Positions 1 through 9,158 of a stretch of DNA of 60,509 bases are shown in pieces (the stretch's first letter is position 1; each line of letters opens with the position of its first letter). The position numbers and the translations under genes are program-made. The stretch is taken from the NCBI GenBank assembly GCA_041744795.1, contig JBGTKD010000199.1, positions 1 through 60,509 of the forward strand. Direction: 5' to 3'. The DNA is from Acidimicrobiia bacterium (GTDB taxonomy: Bacteria; Actinomycetota; Acidimicrobiia; Spongiisociales; ZC4RG35). A model generated the notes under the pieces. That model was not told where the DNA came from. It did not search any database and was given only the letters and a program-made list of their open reading frames with translations.

Positions 1-2
1 TG

Positions 3-851
3 ATGGCTGAAAGCCGTATCGAAACGTGGCGGCTCCCCGACGGTTGGCGCCCTGAGCCGATCTTCGCGCTCGGCGCGATCAGTCAATACGTCGGGGCGGC
101 CATTGCCGTCATCTTGTTTGCGACGATCCCGGCGCCCACAGTCGCTTTTCTTCGGGTGTTGGGTGCCGGTGTGATCCTCGTTCTGGTTCGACGCTCGTGG
201 CAGCGCCAGTGGGATCGGGAGGCCCTGATCCGGGCCGGGCTCTTCGGTTCGTTCCTCGCGGCGATGAATCTGAGCATCTACCTGGCCATAGAGCGGCTTC
301 CGCTCGGCAATGCAGCCGCCATCGAGTTCCTCGGCCCGGTGGCGGTGGCTGCGCTCAGTGCCCGTAGCCCGCGAAGGCGGAGTGCCTTGGTGCTTGCCCT
401 GGCAGGGGTGATTCTCATCGCGGGGGTGTCGCCAGAAGGAACGCTCCCCGGCGTCGCCTTTGCCCTTCTGGCCGCTGGGTTTTGGGCGGGATACATCGTG
501 TTTGGTGCTCGTGTCGCTCATTCAGGATCAGGCGTGGACGGCCTGGGGGTGGGCATGCTGATTGGCGCCTTGGTCATCGCCCCGGTAGCCGCGGGCGGCC
601 TCGGTGCGGCTATCGCATTCCCCTTACTGGGTGCGGCCGCCATCGCCACCGGTCTCCTGTCCAACGCCATTCCCTATGCCATCGACCAGGTTGTCCTTGT
701 CCGAATCGACCGGGGACGATTCGCCGTGCTCCAGTCGCTGCTGCCGGTCGTTGCCACCCTTGTGGGGCTACTCGCGCTCGGTCAGTTCCCGAGTCTGGGG
801 GAGGCGATCGGTATCGCCGCCGTGACCGTGGCGATCGCCCTCTCCCGATGA
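3..851 (+). CDS. EamA/DMT-family membrane transporter (RhtA-like)
   Basis: 282-aa ORF from ATG at 3. About 10 hydrophobic helices in two EamA-like halves (e.g. AMNLSIYLAIERLPLGNAAAIEFLGP). Codon usage is typical of this GC-rich window. Confidence 0.8.
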   Translation: MAESRIETWRLPDGWRPEPIFALGAISQYVGAAIAVILFATIPAPTVAFLRVLGAGVILVLVRRSWQRQWDREALIRAGLFGSFLAAMNLSIYLAIERLPLGNAAAIEFLGPVAVAALSARSPRRRSALVLALAGVILIAGVSPEGTLPGVAFALLAAGFWAGYIVFGARVAHSGSGVDGLGVGMLIGALVIAPVAAGGLGAAIAFPLLGAAAIATGLLSNAIPYAIDQVVLVRIDRGRFAVLQSLLPVVATLVGLLALGQFPSLGEAIGIAAVTVAIALSR

Positions 852-872
852 GGCGGTGGTTCTGCGACCGCC
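852..872. terminator. Hairpin between convergent genes (possible bidirectional terminator)
   Basis: GGCGGT (852-857) and ACCGCC (867-872) form a 6-bp stem with a 9-nt loop. It lies directly after the EamA stop and before the stop of the convergent DUF126 gene. There is no U-tract. Confidence 0.3.
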
Positions 873-890
873 TCCTGCATCGAATCGAGA

Positions 891-1310
891 TCAGTCGAGA
901 CCCGTGGCGTGTAGGCCGGCAGCGTCGATGGTGGCGCGCTGCCCAGTTGCCAGTCGGGCGGCGTCGGCAGGGTCGATCCGCACGAATGGACACCGACGCT
1001 TGTACAGCAGGTTGCCCACGATCGCCCCGAGCACAAGGATGTGGTCGAATTCCGTCAGAACGACAGCGGCAGGTGCGATCGAGAGCCGGATCAGCTCGGC
1101 AAACACACTCGAACTGGACGACGAGCCGCGCCCGATGGCCATCACAACGACCTTCCCCGTGACCACCTGGCCTTGCTGGGGGTGGTGGACGTCGATAATC
1201 ACGCCGGACTCCCGGTCGACTCCCCCCCAGAACGACAGCGGCTCGTCGAGGACCAGCACTTCGCCGGCCGCATCGCCTTCGAAGAGAACCGAAGCTGGGA
1301 TATCGATCAC
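891..1310 (-). CDS. Aconitase X swivel-domain protein (DUF126, AcnX small subunit)
   Basis: Carries the DUF126 hallmark ...LDEPLSFWGGVDRESGVIIDVHHPQQGQVVTGKVVVMAIGRGSSSSS.... I set the start at GTG 1310, which overlaps the upstream stop as GTGA. The track ORF start at 1427 would lie inside the upstream gene. Confidence 0.8.
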   Translation of the reverse strand: MIDIPASVLFEGDAAGEVLVLDEPLSFWGGVDRESGVIIDVHHPQQGQVVTGKVVVMAIGRGSSSSSSVFAELIRLSIAPAAVVLTEFDHILVLGAIVGNLLYKRRCPFVRIDPADAARLATGQRATIDAAGLHATGLD

Positions 1311-2569
1311 GATATCCAGCCAGATTCGCCATGGACCGCCCTTCCGGCGACTGCCGACTCGATGCAATCCTCGAGCGAGCCGAAGACGACATCGACGCCG
1401 AGATTGCCAGGGGCGTAATACGCCCACTTGGCCGAGTTCGTCATGACGGCTCCGTTCAGTTTGCGGAGAATGGGTGTCACATAGGTGCAGGTGTCTACGA
1501 CGATGTCGACGCCTGCCTCCTCGAGTCTTTGGACCAGACCTTCCGAACGCGCTGTTGCGTACGTTTCCCGACCGGTGGAGACGTAGAAGTCGATGCGAGC
1601 GTCGATCGCGCGGTCGCCGAGGATCTGCACGGTGCGACGCATCTCGGAGATTGAGAAGTGAGGGGTGCCGATGCTCACCCCGACGAGGGGCGCTTCGCTG
1701 CGAGTCGTCAGGCCTCGGAGGGCCTCTATCGCCATCTGTCGAGTGAAGTGAAGCTCTGGGAGTTTCGTCGACCCTCCGAGGGCCGCAACGCGATCGGGAG
1801 CCTCAGGGGTGAGGCCCACCGCATGAAACATGGCCATCGTGCCGGTGGTCGCCCCGGCGGCTCCCAACGCCTTCAGGTGGTCTTCGGTTGTGTCGTCAGG
1901 CAGGCCCACGATGGCGGAAATGCCGTCCATCAGCTTGCCGATCAGCAGCCCCACGGCTGGGTAAAGCACCTCTGATCGATCCGCGGCGAAGAGTTCGGTG
2001 ACGTCTACGACATTGTCGGCGTACCGGTTCTCGGCCCGATGGAGTCCGGCGTCCGGTACCCGCCCGACGATGGCGGCCGCAATGTCGAAGAAATCGCCAT
2101 AGCGTTCAGTGCGGGCGCCCAGCACCGAGTTGGCGAAGACGATGGCGTTCGACTCAGCCCACGCCACATGCTCTCCGAGGCCGGGTCTCACCGGCAGGTG
2201 GTACGGCGCGCACGTCCAGGTCGGAGTGCAACCCATCTCGACGTAGGCATCCATCATCCGTCGTGCCTCAGCCCGGACGGTGTCATCTCCCCGATACAAC
2301 TCGGGATGAAGGAGATCCAACGACGACACATTGAGAGTGGAAGGGACCGACACGCGCCCTCCTCGGTCACGAAGGAACTCGGCGAACTCGACACCTGCGA
2401 GCCCGTGATGCAGGCAGGCGTCGATGTGGGCGGAGGTCACATCGATGAGCCGGGTGGCACCCACCATCTCGCCGTAGGCCACGACGATCTCCATGGCGTG
2501 CCTGGACGCCTCGCCCAATTCCCCCCGTTGTGCGGCCCGATCACGGGCGTCGAGACGGAGTTCGCTCAT
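1307..2569 (-). CDS. Aconitase X catalytic-domain protein (DUF521, AcnX large subunit)
   Basis: 420-aa ORF with a DUF521-like N-terminus (...EIVVAYGEMVGATRLIDVTSAHIDACL...). It is translationally coupled to the DUF126 gene by a 4-nt overlap. Confidence 0.85.
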   Translation of the reverse strand: MSELRLDARDRAAQRGELGEASRHAMEIVVAYGEMVGATRLIDVTSAHIDACLHHGLAGVEFAEFLRDRGGRVSVPSTLNVSSLDLLHPELYRGDDTVRAEARRMMDAYVEMGCTPTWTCAPYHLPVRPGLGEHVAWAESNAIVFANSVLGARTERYGDFFDIAAAIVGRVPDAGLHRAENRYADNVVDVTELFAADRSEVLYPAVGLLIGKLMDGISAIVGLPDDTTEDHLKALGAAGATTGTMAMFHAVGLTPEAPDRVAALGGSTKLPELHFTRQMAIEALRGLTTRSEAPLVGVSIGTPHFSISEMRRTVQILGDRAIDARIDFYVSTGRETYATARSEGLVQRLEEAGVDIVVDTCTYVTPILRKLNGAVMTNSAKWAYYAPGNLGVDVVFGSLEDCIESAVAGRAVHGESGWIS

Positions 2570-2826
2570 TCGTCGGCCGGCGTCGGTGTGTGACCCCAGA
2601 GACGTGTGGCCCCGACTTCTGCGGCGATCAGCGCCGCACCCTCTTCACATTTCATAATCCATTGTCCTATAGGTTGGGCGCCGTGCGCTGCAATCGGTTC
2701 GGCCCCTGGTGTCCGAGATCCGGATGTGCCGGGTGGGTCTGAGGAACGTCGGCCGCCGTCGTTCTGGCGGGAGAGTGAGCCCGTCTGTACCCTGACCTCG
2801 CCCCAGGTGATGCCTGGGGCTCTTTG

Positions 2827-2918
<92 letters not shown>

Positions 2919-2968
2919 CACCCGCCATCTCGCGGGGCTCGACTCTTCGTACCCACGGAATCCGAACT

Positions 2969-4294
2969 TCAGGCCTCGACGCGTTCGAGGTTGAGGCCGA
3001 GAGATTGGAAGGTTTCGAGAGGCTTGTTGTAGCCGCGCTCGAGGTGGTTGACTCCGCCGATGCGGGAGGCGCCCTCGGCGACCGCAGCGGCGATCACGCC
3101 TGAGAATCCTGCCCTGACGTCGGGGATTTCGACATTTGCGCCGCGCAGTTTCGATACGCCCCGCACCACCGCAGAGTGCACCGAGTTGGTGTCGTGGAAG
3201 CGACAGGCCGGTCCCCCGAGACAGGTGTCGAATAGCTCGACCTCTCCGCCCATCGCCCGAACGACGGAAGCCGGATACCGGACTCGATCTTCGAAGACGG
3301 TCTCGTGGAGCACCGACATTCCGTCGGCCTGGGTCATCAGGACCAGCAGAGGTGACTGCCAGTCCGTCATGAACCCTGGATGGGTGTCGGTGTGGACCGC
3401 AACCGGGTTAAGGCCGCTCGACGAGGCTGTGATCCAGTCGTCATTGACGTCCAGCACGGCTCCCATCCGGCTGAGAGTTGTGATTGCTGTCACCAGACGG
3501 TCCTGGCTGCATCCCGCCACCCGCACGTTGCCGCCGGTGATCAGACCCGCCACCAGATACGAGAAGGCCTCCAATCGGTCCCCTTGCAGGCGAGTGTGTG
3601 CACCTCGCAGGGTGGGGACCCCTTCGATTACGAATTGGCGGCCCGGCCGTTGCTCCAGCCGGGCGCCCATCCGTTGTAAGAACAGGGCCAACTCGACGAT
3701 CTCCGGTTCGGTGGCGGCATTGGACAGCACTGTCCGTCCCTCGGCTACGGCCGCCGCCAGTAACACCGTCTCGGTTGCCATGACCGACGGATAGGGCAGT
3801 TCGATCTGAGCGCCCTTCAAACCGTGAGATCGAGCATGGATCCCTTCGTCGCTCTCCTCGATTTCCGCCCCCATCGCGCGTAGGGCGCTGACGTGGAAGT
3901 CCACCGGTCGACGACCGATCCGGTCCCCGCCTGGCAGAGGAACGAAGACTTCGTGGCGGAGATGGAGCAGCGGTCCGAGCATGAGAATGGGAATACGGTT
4001 CAGTCCCGTGTACTCGACCGACACCTCTGAGCCGATCTCGTCTGCAGGATGAATCTCGATGCGGTCGTCGGTCCGTTCAACGCCTACTCCAAGTGACCGC
4101 AGGATTGCTTCAGTGATGTGGACGTCGCCGACGTCGGGGATGTTCTCGATCACCGACGGAGTCGACCCCATCACCGCAGCCACCATGTGCTTTGTGACGG
4201 CGTTCTTTGACCCCGCCACTTTCACCTCACCGCGCAACGGACCGGACGGCTCGACCAGCCAGGCGGGGGAGTGTTCGTCGTTGCTCACGATCAC
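2969..4294 (-). CDS. murA: UDP-N-acetylglucosamine 1-carboxyvinyltransferase
   Basis: 441-aa EPSP-synthase-fold protein with the N-terminal motif GEVKVAGSKNA. The active-site loop reads PLPGGDRIGRRPVDFH, which matches E. coli PGGC(115)xIGARPVDLH except that Asp replaces the Cys. Confidence 0.9.
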   Translation of the reverse strand: MIVSNDEHSPAWLVEPSGPLRGEVKVAGSKNAVTKHMVAAVMGSTPSVIENIPDVGDVHITEAILRSLGVGVERTDDRIEIHPADEIGSEVSVEYTGLNRIPILMLGPLLHLRHEVFVPLPGGDRIGRRPVDFHVSALRAMGAEIEESDEGIHARSHGLKGAQIELPYPSVMATETVLLAAAVAEGRTVLSNAATEPEIVELALFLQRMGARLEQRPGRQFVIEGVPTLRGAHTRLQGDRLEAFSYLVAGLITGGNVRVAGCSQDRLVTAITTLSRMGAVLDVNDDWITASSSGLNPVAVHTDTHPGFMTDWQSPLLVLMTQADGMSVLHETVFEDRVRYPASVVRAMGGEVELFDTCLGGPACRFHDTNSVHSAVVRGVSKLRGANVEIPDVRAGFSGVIAAAVAEGASRIGGVNHLERGYNKPLETFQSLGLNLERVEA

Positions 4295-4334
4295 ATTGTA
4301 TGGACGGCGGCGCCGGTTCCAGCCCTCAGATGGA

Positions 4335-6005
4335 TCAACGATCTGCGATCCAGTCTTCGACTAGTTCGCCCAGGACCGTGAGAGGGACCGACCCGTTGGT
4401 TAACACGACATCGTGGAAGCCTGGGTAGGAGAACCGGTCGGCCATCTCGCGGCGAGCCTTCTCGCGCAACCGGTAGATCTCGCGCTGGCCGATCTTATAG
4501 GCCAGGGCCTGGCCGGGCATTGCGATGTAGCGGTCGACTTCTCCGGCGATCGACTCACCGCTGACCGGGGCGTGGTCTGCGAAGAAGTCGATCGCTTGGG
4601 CCCGAGTCCACCCCAGATTGTGGATCCCGGTGTCGACCACCAAGCGGATCGCCCGCCAGGCATCTGAACTCACCATGCCGAGGCGGTCGATAGGTCCCGA
4701 GTAGAGGCCAATCTCGTCCGCCAGCCGCTCGGCATACAGGCCCCAGCCCTCGGCGTGGGCGATGTTGGCGCTGTAATTCCGGAAGCGGGGGATACCGGTT
4801 AGCTCCGCGGCCAGCGTGCGGTCGAAATGGTGGCCCGGGATGGCTTCGTGATGGGCGATCGCTTCGCCGTCGAAGCGGGTGCGGGTCTCCGGGCGATAGG
4901 TGTTCAGGTAGTAGGTCCCTGGCCGGGACCCGTCGGGCGAGCCGACGCCGTAATAGGCGCCCGGCATCGCTGGGGCCAGGGCATCCGGTACCGGTTCGAC
5001 CACGCATGGACCTTTCGGCATGACCCCAAACCACTCCGGGACAGCTGCCCATGCCCGTTCGATCGTGGATCTGGCGTGTTGGAGCATCTCCTCAGCGGTG
5101 TCATAACGGAGATCGGGGTCGTCTCGCAGTTGGGTGATCACCTCCGCCGGATCGGAAATCCCGAAGGCCTCCTCGCCGATGGTGGCGAACTCGTCTCGCA
5201 ACACCCCTGTTGCTTCTTCCATCCCGATCCTGTGGATCTCGGCGGCGTCCAGGTCGAGGGAAGTGAACACCTCAATCAAGGTCTCATAGCGCTTCTGTCC
5301 ATCGGGTAGATGGAGCAGACCTGGTTGGTCGTCTGAGCGGGCCACCGGTCCGGCGGTCTCGGCCAAGAATTCACGATGTCGGGCGAAGGCAGGGCGCACT
5401 CCCTCCAACACAGCATGGCGCAGGTTCTCACGCCACTCCGCTTCGCCTGCCCAGCCGTGTGGCGTTCCGATCGCCATCATCGGATCGGACTCGATCGGGG
5501 CTCTGACCAGCGCGTCCAGCTGTCCGAGTACGCGTTCGAGGTTCGTTCCGGTGGGGGTGAGCCCGGCGGCCAGGTCGATGCGCTGTCGCTGCTCGACTTT
5601 GGTCAGGTACGCGGGAATCGAACGCACGCGTTCGAGCAACATCTCGGCGTGTTCGGGCTCGGCGGCTGTGTTGCGACTGAGGCCGCTCGGCAACACCGTC
5701 TGAACTCCGAGGAACGGACTTATAGCGGCCTCGTAGAGACCCGAGTCGATCAACCCGACAAGGCCCTTGACAGTCACGATGAGAATGTCACGGGTCAACG
5801 CGTCGGCCCGGTCCAACGGACCGAGGGCCCTCACCCGGTCACCAATGTCCCGCAGTTTGGATGCGACTTCGGCCGACTCTTCGTGGGTTGTCGGCCCGAG
5901 TTGGTCATCGAAACGGTGGTCGCCATAGATGGTGGCGGATATCGGTGAAGACTCCATCCACACATCCCAGTAGAGCTCGGAAAGCGAGGCAATGGTGTCC
6001 GGCAT
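4335..6005 (-). CDS. DUF885-family protein (putative metallopeptidase-like)
   Basis: 556-aa ORF with the DUF885-type motif HHEAIPGHHFD and a consistent coding composition throughout. Confidence 0.8.
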   Translation of the reverse strand: MPDTIASLSELYWDVWMESSPISATIYGDHRFDDQLGPTTHEESAEVASKLRDIGDRVRALGPLDRADALTRDILIVTVKGLVGLIDSGLYEAAISPFLGVQTVLPSGLSRNTAAEPEHAEMLLERVRSIPAYLTKVEQRQRIDLAAGLTPTGTNLERVLGQLDALVRAPIESDPMMAIGTPHGWAGEAEWRENLRHAVLEGVRPAFARHREFLAETAGPVARSDDQPGLLHLPDGQKRYETLIEVFTSLDLDAAEIHRIGMEEATGVLRDEFATIGEEAFGISDPAEVITQLRDDPDLRYDTAEEMLQHARSTIERAWAAVPEWFGVMPKGPCVVEPVPDALAPAMPGAYYGVGSPDGSRPGTYYLNTYRPETRTRFDGEAIAHHEAIPGHHFDRTLAAELTGIPRFRNYSANIAHAEGWGLYAERLADEIGLYSGPIDRLGMVSSDAWRAIRLVVDTGIHNLGWTRAQAIDFFADHAPVSGESIAGEVDRYIAMPGQALAYKIGQREIYRLREKARREMADRFSYPGFHDVVLTNGSVPLTVLGELVEDWIADR

Positions 6006-6196
6006 GTCGACTCCTTGGGGCTAGAGCGATCGTCACCCTAAAGCTGATGCCTCAGCTATTCGAAGCGAGGGGTATCGGCCTGGCGCAGGCCCTACGAGGT
6101 GATGTGAGGCAGCCACCACCATCAAAGACAGTCTGCCTCATTCCAGATCGATCACGCCATCCGTACGTTGGCCGTTCATCGTCGGCAGGAGGACTC

Positions 6197-6682
6197 GTGG
6201 TAACAGGGTTTTGGAACAGGCACGCATGGAAATTTCTGCTGGGTCTGGTTGCCGTCATCGGCTTGTTCGGCATCGGTGATGTCATCTTGGGTCTCGACGC
6301 CGACCCGGGAATTCCTTTGGCAGTCACTGGCATGACCATCGATGAGATCAGAGCGTCGGGTGGCACTTTGACCCACCTGACAGACCTGCTGGTGAGAGCC
6401 GGTGGGGTTCACCTCATGGTTATGAGTGCGGTTTGGGCCGCCCTGATCCTGGTCCCGTTCCGTAGGGGTGAAAAGTGGGCCTGGTACGTGATGTGGACGT
6501 TCCCTCTCTGGGCGGCTTCGGTGGCGGTGACCTTCCTGTTCGTAGATCTACAGCCGGACACTCCGCCTGCACCCCCGGCGATTTCGAGCTGGATTTTCCT
6601 GGCGGCGACTGCTGGCCTGCTGTGGGCCTCGTCGGGTAGCTTCGTTCGCTCGCAGGCGGATGATCACTCCATATCCGGGTGA
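6197..6682 (+). CDS. Hypothetical integral membrane protein (4 predicted TM helices)
   Basis: This is the C-terminal part of track ORF 5861..6682. The 5' part of that ORF overlaps the DUF885 gene and is non-protein-like. GTG at 6197 is preceded by AGGAGG (6187-6192). Hydrophobic helices are WKFLLGLVAVIGLFGIGDVILG, VHLMVMSAVWAALILV, WAWYVMWTFPLWAASVAVTFLFV and ISSWIFLAATAGLLWA. Confidence 0.55.
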   Translation: MVTGFWNRHAWKFLLGLVAVIGLFGIGDVILGLDADPGIPLAVTGMTIDEIRASGGTLTHLTDLLVRAGGVHLMVMSAVWAALILVPFRRGEKWAWYVMWTFPLWAASVAVTFLFVDLQPDTPPAPPAISSWIFLAATAGLLWASSGSFVRSQADDHSISG

Positions 6683-6789
6683 TCACCGACATGTTCGAGA
6701 TCGGTAGGAGCCCCAGCCTGGTCTAAACTGGTGTGGTTCGCGTGATGTGAAGTCGCCGATATCGCCTCGCTAGCGTGGACTCCACACAT

Positions 6790-6863
6790 GCGCCCGTAGC
6801 TCAATTGGATAGAGCGTCTGATTACGGATCAGGAGGTTAGGGGTTCAAGTCCCTTCGGGCGTG
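6790..6863 (+). tRNA. tRNA-Arg (anticodon ACG)
   Basis: Starts GCGCCCG-TA-GCTC-AATTGGATA-GAGC. Anticodon stem TCTGA/TCAGG encloses the loop TTACGGA. T-arm is AGGGG-TTCAAGT-CCCTT. The 3' acceptor strand is CGGGCGT, giving a G1-U72 wobble, and the discriminator is G. Confidence 0.9.
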
Positions 6864-6870
6864 CTGAGCG

Positions 6871-6894
6871 AAACCCCCGTTCCGACGGGGGTTT
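6871..6894 (+). terminator. Perfect 10-bp hairpin after tRNA-Arg (terminator-like)
   Basis: AAACCCCCGT - TCCG - ACGGGGGTTT, starting 8 nt after the tRNA 3' end. The stem ends in TTT. Confidence 0.5.
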
Positions 6895-7155
6895 CGGCGC
6901 GTCTGGTTGTCCAATAACCCAGAGGGTTGGCCGGCCGGCGGGGGGTGACGTTGGGTTTGGGCCTCGGCAGCAGCGTCCGCTCAAGGAACCTTGGCGACGC
7001 GCTGAATGAGGTGTGTCTCCTCATAAGGCACCAGCTGAGGAAGAAGGTCCCAGGTTTCGCGCATTCGCCCGGTCAGGCGACGAAGCCCCTTGACACGTCA
7101 GGCTTCAGGGTGTGTGCACGATGCCGATGTAGACACATGATCTTTCACGAGTCGC

Positions 7156-9099
7156 TTGAACTTCATGCGAGCGAGGCGGCGATTTTGGATGGCAACTACG
7201 ACGTCTGTCTCGTCCACTACCGCTCGGGTAAGCACCGCAACGGTGACCGACGAGCGCGGGGCTGTCGTTGGGGTGGTGGGAGTCTCGATGGAGGTCACCG
7301 CCACCAGGCAGGCCGAAGCTGAGATGAAAAGCCGTCAGCAGCTGATCGCGGCCGCGTTCGAGTCTTCGCCGATCGGTACATCCATCGCGTCCCCTGATCT
7401 GACGATCGTGTCGGCCAATCCTGCTTACGCGGCCTTTCTCGGTTATCCAGTGGGCGACCTGATCGGCAGGAACGTCCGGGAGTTCACGCATCCTGAAGAC
7501 CTCGACGCCACCAAAGACGCCCTCAGTGGATTGGTCGGCGGTGGAGCGACCAGCAACGTAATCGACAAGCGATACATACGTTCTGACGGCCAGATCGTGT
7601 GGGGTCGTCTCCATGTCAGCTGGATCTATGACGAGGACGGCCGGGTCACCCATGCGCTAGGACAAGTCGTCGACATCACCGAGGTCAAGCATTCCGAAGA
7701 CCAGATCCGCTTCCAGGCTTCGGTGCTTGACCAGGTTCATCACGCGGTGTCGGCAACCGACATGACCGGAGCCATCACATACTGGAACAAGAGAGCCGAG
7801 ACTTTGTTCGGTTGGACTGAATCCGAAGTAATCGGCCGCAGCCTCAAGGGAATCGTGCTCACCGAGACAGCATCAGAGTTCCTGGCAACCCTCTACGCCG
7901 CGCTGGCCGAACATGGGATGTGGGAGGGCGAAGTGACGCTCGCGCGAAAGGATGGCTCAACCTTCCCCGCCTGGGCGAGCGACACCGTCATCCGTGACGC
8001 CCAAGGCAAGCCGGTCGGTTTCGTGGCTGTGAACATCGACATGACCGACATCAAAACGGCGGAACAGCTCGCCCGAAATCAAGCGGACCTCAACCGGACC
8101 CTGCTCGAGTCGGTCAGCGTGCCCATCGCCATCATCGATAAAGACGGGGATCTGATCGTCACGAATCCCTCGTGGGAGCGGATCACTCATGCCAAGCCGA
8201 GCCGCGCTGGATACCTTCCGGCATGCCTCGCCGAGCACGCCTCACCAGGGGAGTTGATGGATGGCATCGCAGGCGTGATCGACGGCACGACCGATCGGTT
8301 TGTCATCGAGTACCCCTGTTATGAAGCAGGTGACGAAAGCTGGTTTCGGACCGTTGTGGTTGGGGCTGAGAGCGGGGCGGTGATCTCGCACTGGGACATC
8401 ACCGACGAACGGATCGCCAGAGCGACGCTCGAAGACAGGATCCGGGCAAATGACGCCTTCATAGCATCGGTCTCCCACGAGCTGCGGACTCCGCTCACTG
8501 CAGTGCTGGGCCTCTCAGAGATGCTCCGGTCGGGAACCGTCCCGATTGAGGATGCTGGAGAAATGATCTCTCTGATCGCAGACCAGGCCCAAGAGGTCTC
8601 GTTGATCGTTGAGGACCTGCTGGTCTCAGGCCGCCTTGAAAGCAACACTCTGACTGTACATCCCAGCACTTTCGACGTGGCAGATGAGACGATCAAAGTG
8701 ATCCAGCCGGGGATCCACACAGGAAACACTGACATCGAGGTGGCGTTCACGACGGGGGCGGTGTTCGCGTTCGCCGATCCGCTCAGGGTCCGCCAGATTC
8801 TTCGCAACCTCATCACCAACGCGCATCGACATGGCCGCCCGCCGGTCACGATCACCGGGTCCATGAGCGGAGGCCGATGTGTCGTGAAGGTCACGGATCG
8901 CGGACATGGCATCCCGAGAGATGCCGAGGTGAGATTGTTCGACCCATACGCCCGATTTGGGCCGACTGGCGGCCAACCCCTATCGGTTGGTCTGGGACTC
9001 CATGTAGCGCGTCGCCTGGCACGTTTGATGGATGGCGAGCTCACCTACCAGAGACAAGACCTCGAAACCATCTTCGAGCTGACCCTCCCAGGACCGTAA
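7156..9099 (+). CDS. Multi-PAS sensor histidine kinase (cytoplasmic, N-terminally truncated first PAS)
   Basis: 647-aa ORF with three complete PAS modules, HisKA (FIASVSHELRTPLTAVLG) and HATPase_c (NLITNAHRHG ... DRGHGIP ... GLGLHVA). Possible starts are TTG 7156, ATG 7165 or ATG 7186. It is a paralogue of the kinase at 23973..26495. Confidence 0.85.
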   Translation: MNFMRARRRFWMATTTSVSSTTARVSTATVTDERGAVVGVVGVSMEVTATRQAEAEMKSRQQLIAAAFESSPIGTSIASPDLTIVSANPAYAAFLGYPVGDLIGRNVREFTHPEDLDATKDALSGLVGGGATSNVIDKRYIRSDGQIVWGRLHVSWIYDEDGRVTHALGQVVDITEVKHSEDQIRFQASVLDQVHHAVSATDMTGAITYWNKRAETLFGWTESEVIGRSLKGIVLTETASEFLATLYAALAEHGMWEGEVTLARKDGSTFPAWASDTVIRDAQGKPVGFVAVNIDMTDIKTAEQLARNQADLNRTLLESVSVPIAIIDKDGDLIVTNPSWERITHAKPSRAGYLPACLAEHASPGELMDGIAGVIDGTTDRFVIEYPCYEAGDESWFRTVVVGAESGAVISHWDITDERIARATLEDRIRANDAFIASVSHELRTPLTAVLGLSEMLRSGTVPIEDAGEMISLIADQAQEVSLIVEDLLVSGRLESNTLTVHPSTFDVADETIKVIQPGIHTGNTDIEVAFTTGAVFAFADPLRVRQILRNLITNAHRHGRPPVTITGSMSGGRCVVKVTDRGHGIPRDAEVRLFDPYARFGPTGGQPLSVGLGLHVARRLARLMDGELTYQRQDLETIFELTLPGP

Positions 9100-9158
9100 G
9101 CCGTCACCAATCTCCACGATTGACACATGCCGAACCTGACGCGGTCGATGACTATCGC

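Noticed and set aside
610-1392. Long ORFs antisense to or overlapping real genes. Examples are 610..1392, 482..1162, 7105..7653, 30587..31282, 31023..32090, 39259..40008, 42751..43857, 47323..48216 and 58765..59535.
   Set aside because: Their translations are dominated by Arg/Pro/Gly/Ser runs and contain no domains. Each lies opposite a gene with clear family motifs. This is the typical shadow-ORF artefact of GC-rich DNA.
5861-6196. 5' part of ORF 5861..6682.
   Set aside because: It overlaps the DUF885 gene on the other strand and has an Arg-rich translation. AGGAGG plus GTG at 6197 precedes the first TM helix.
6981-7064. 27-codon minus-strand ORF MRETWDLLPQLVPYEETHLIQRVAKVP as a real gene.
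   Set aside because: It is too short, has no SD sequence and is bounded by an upstream in-frame stop. It is treated at most as a gene remnant.
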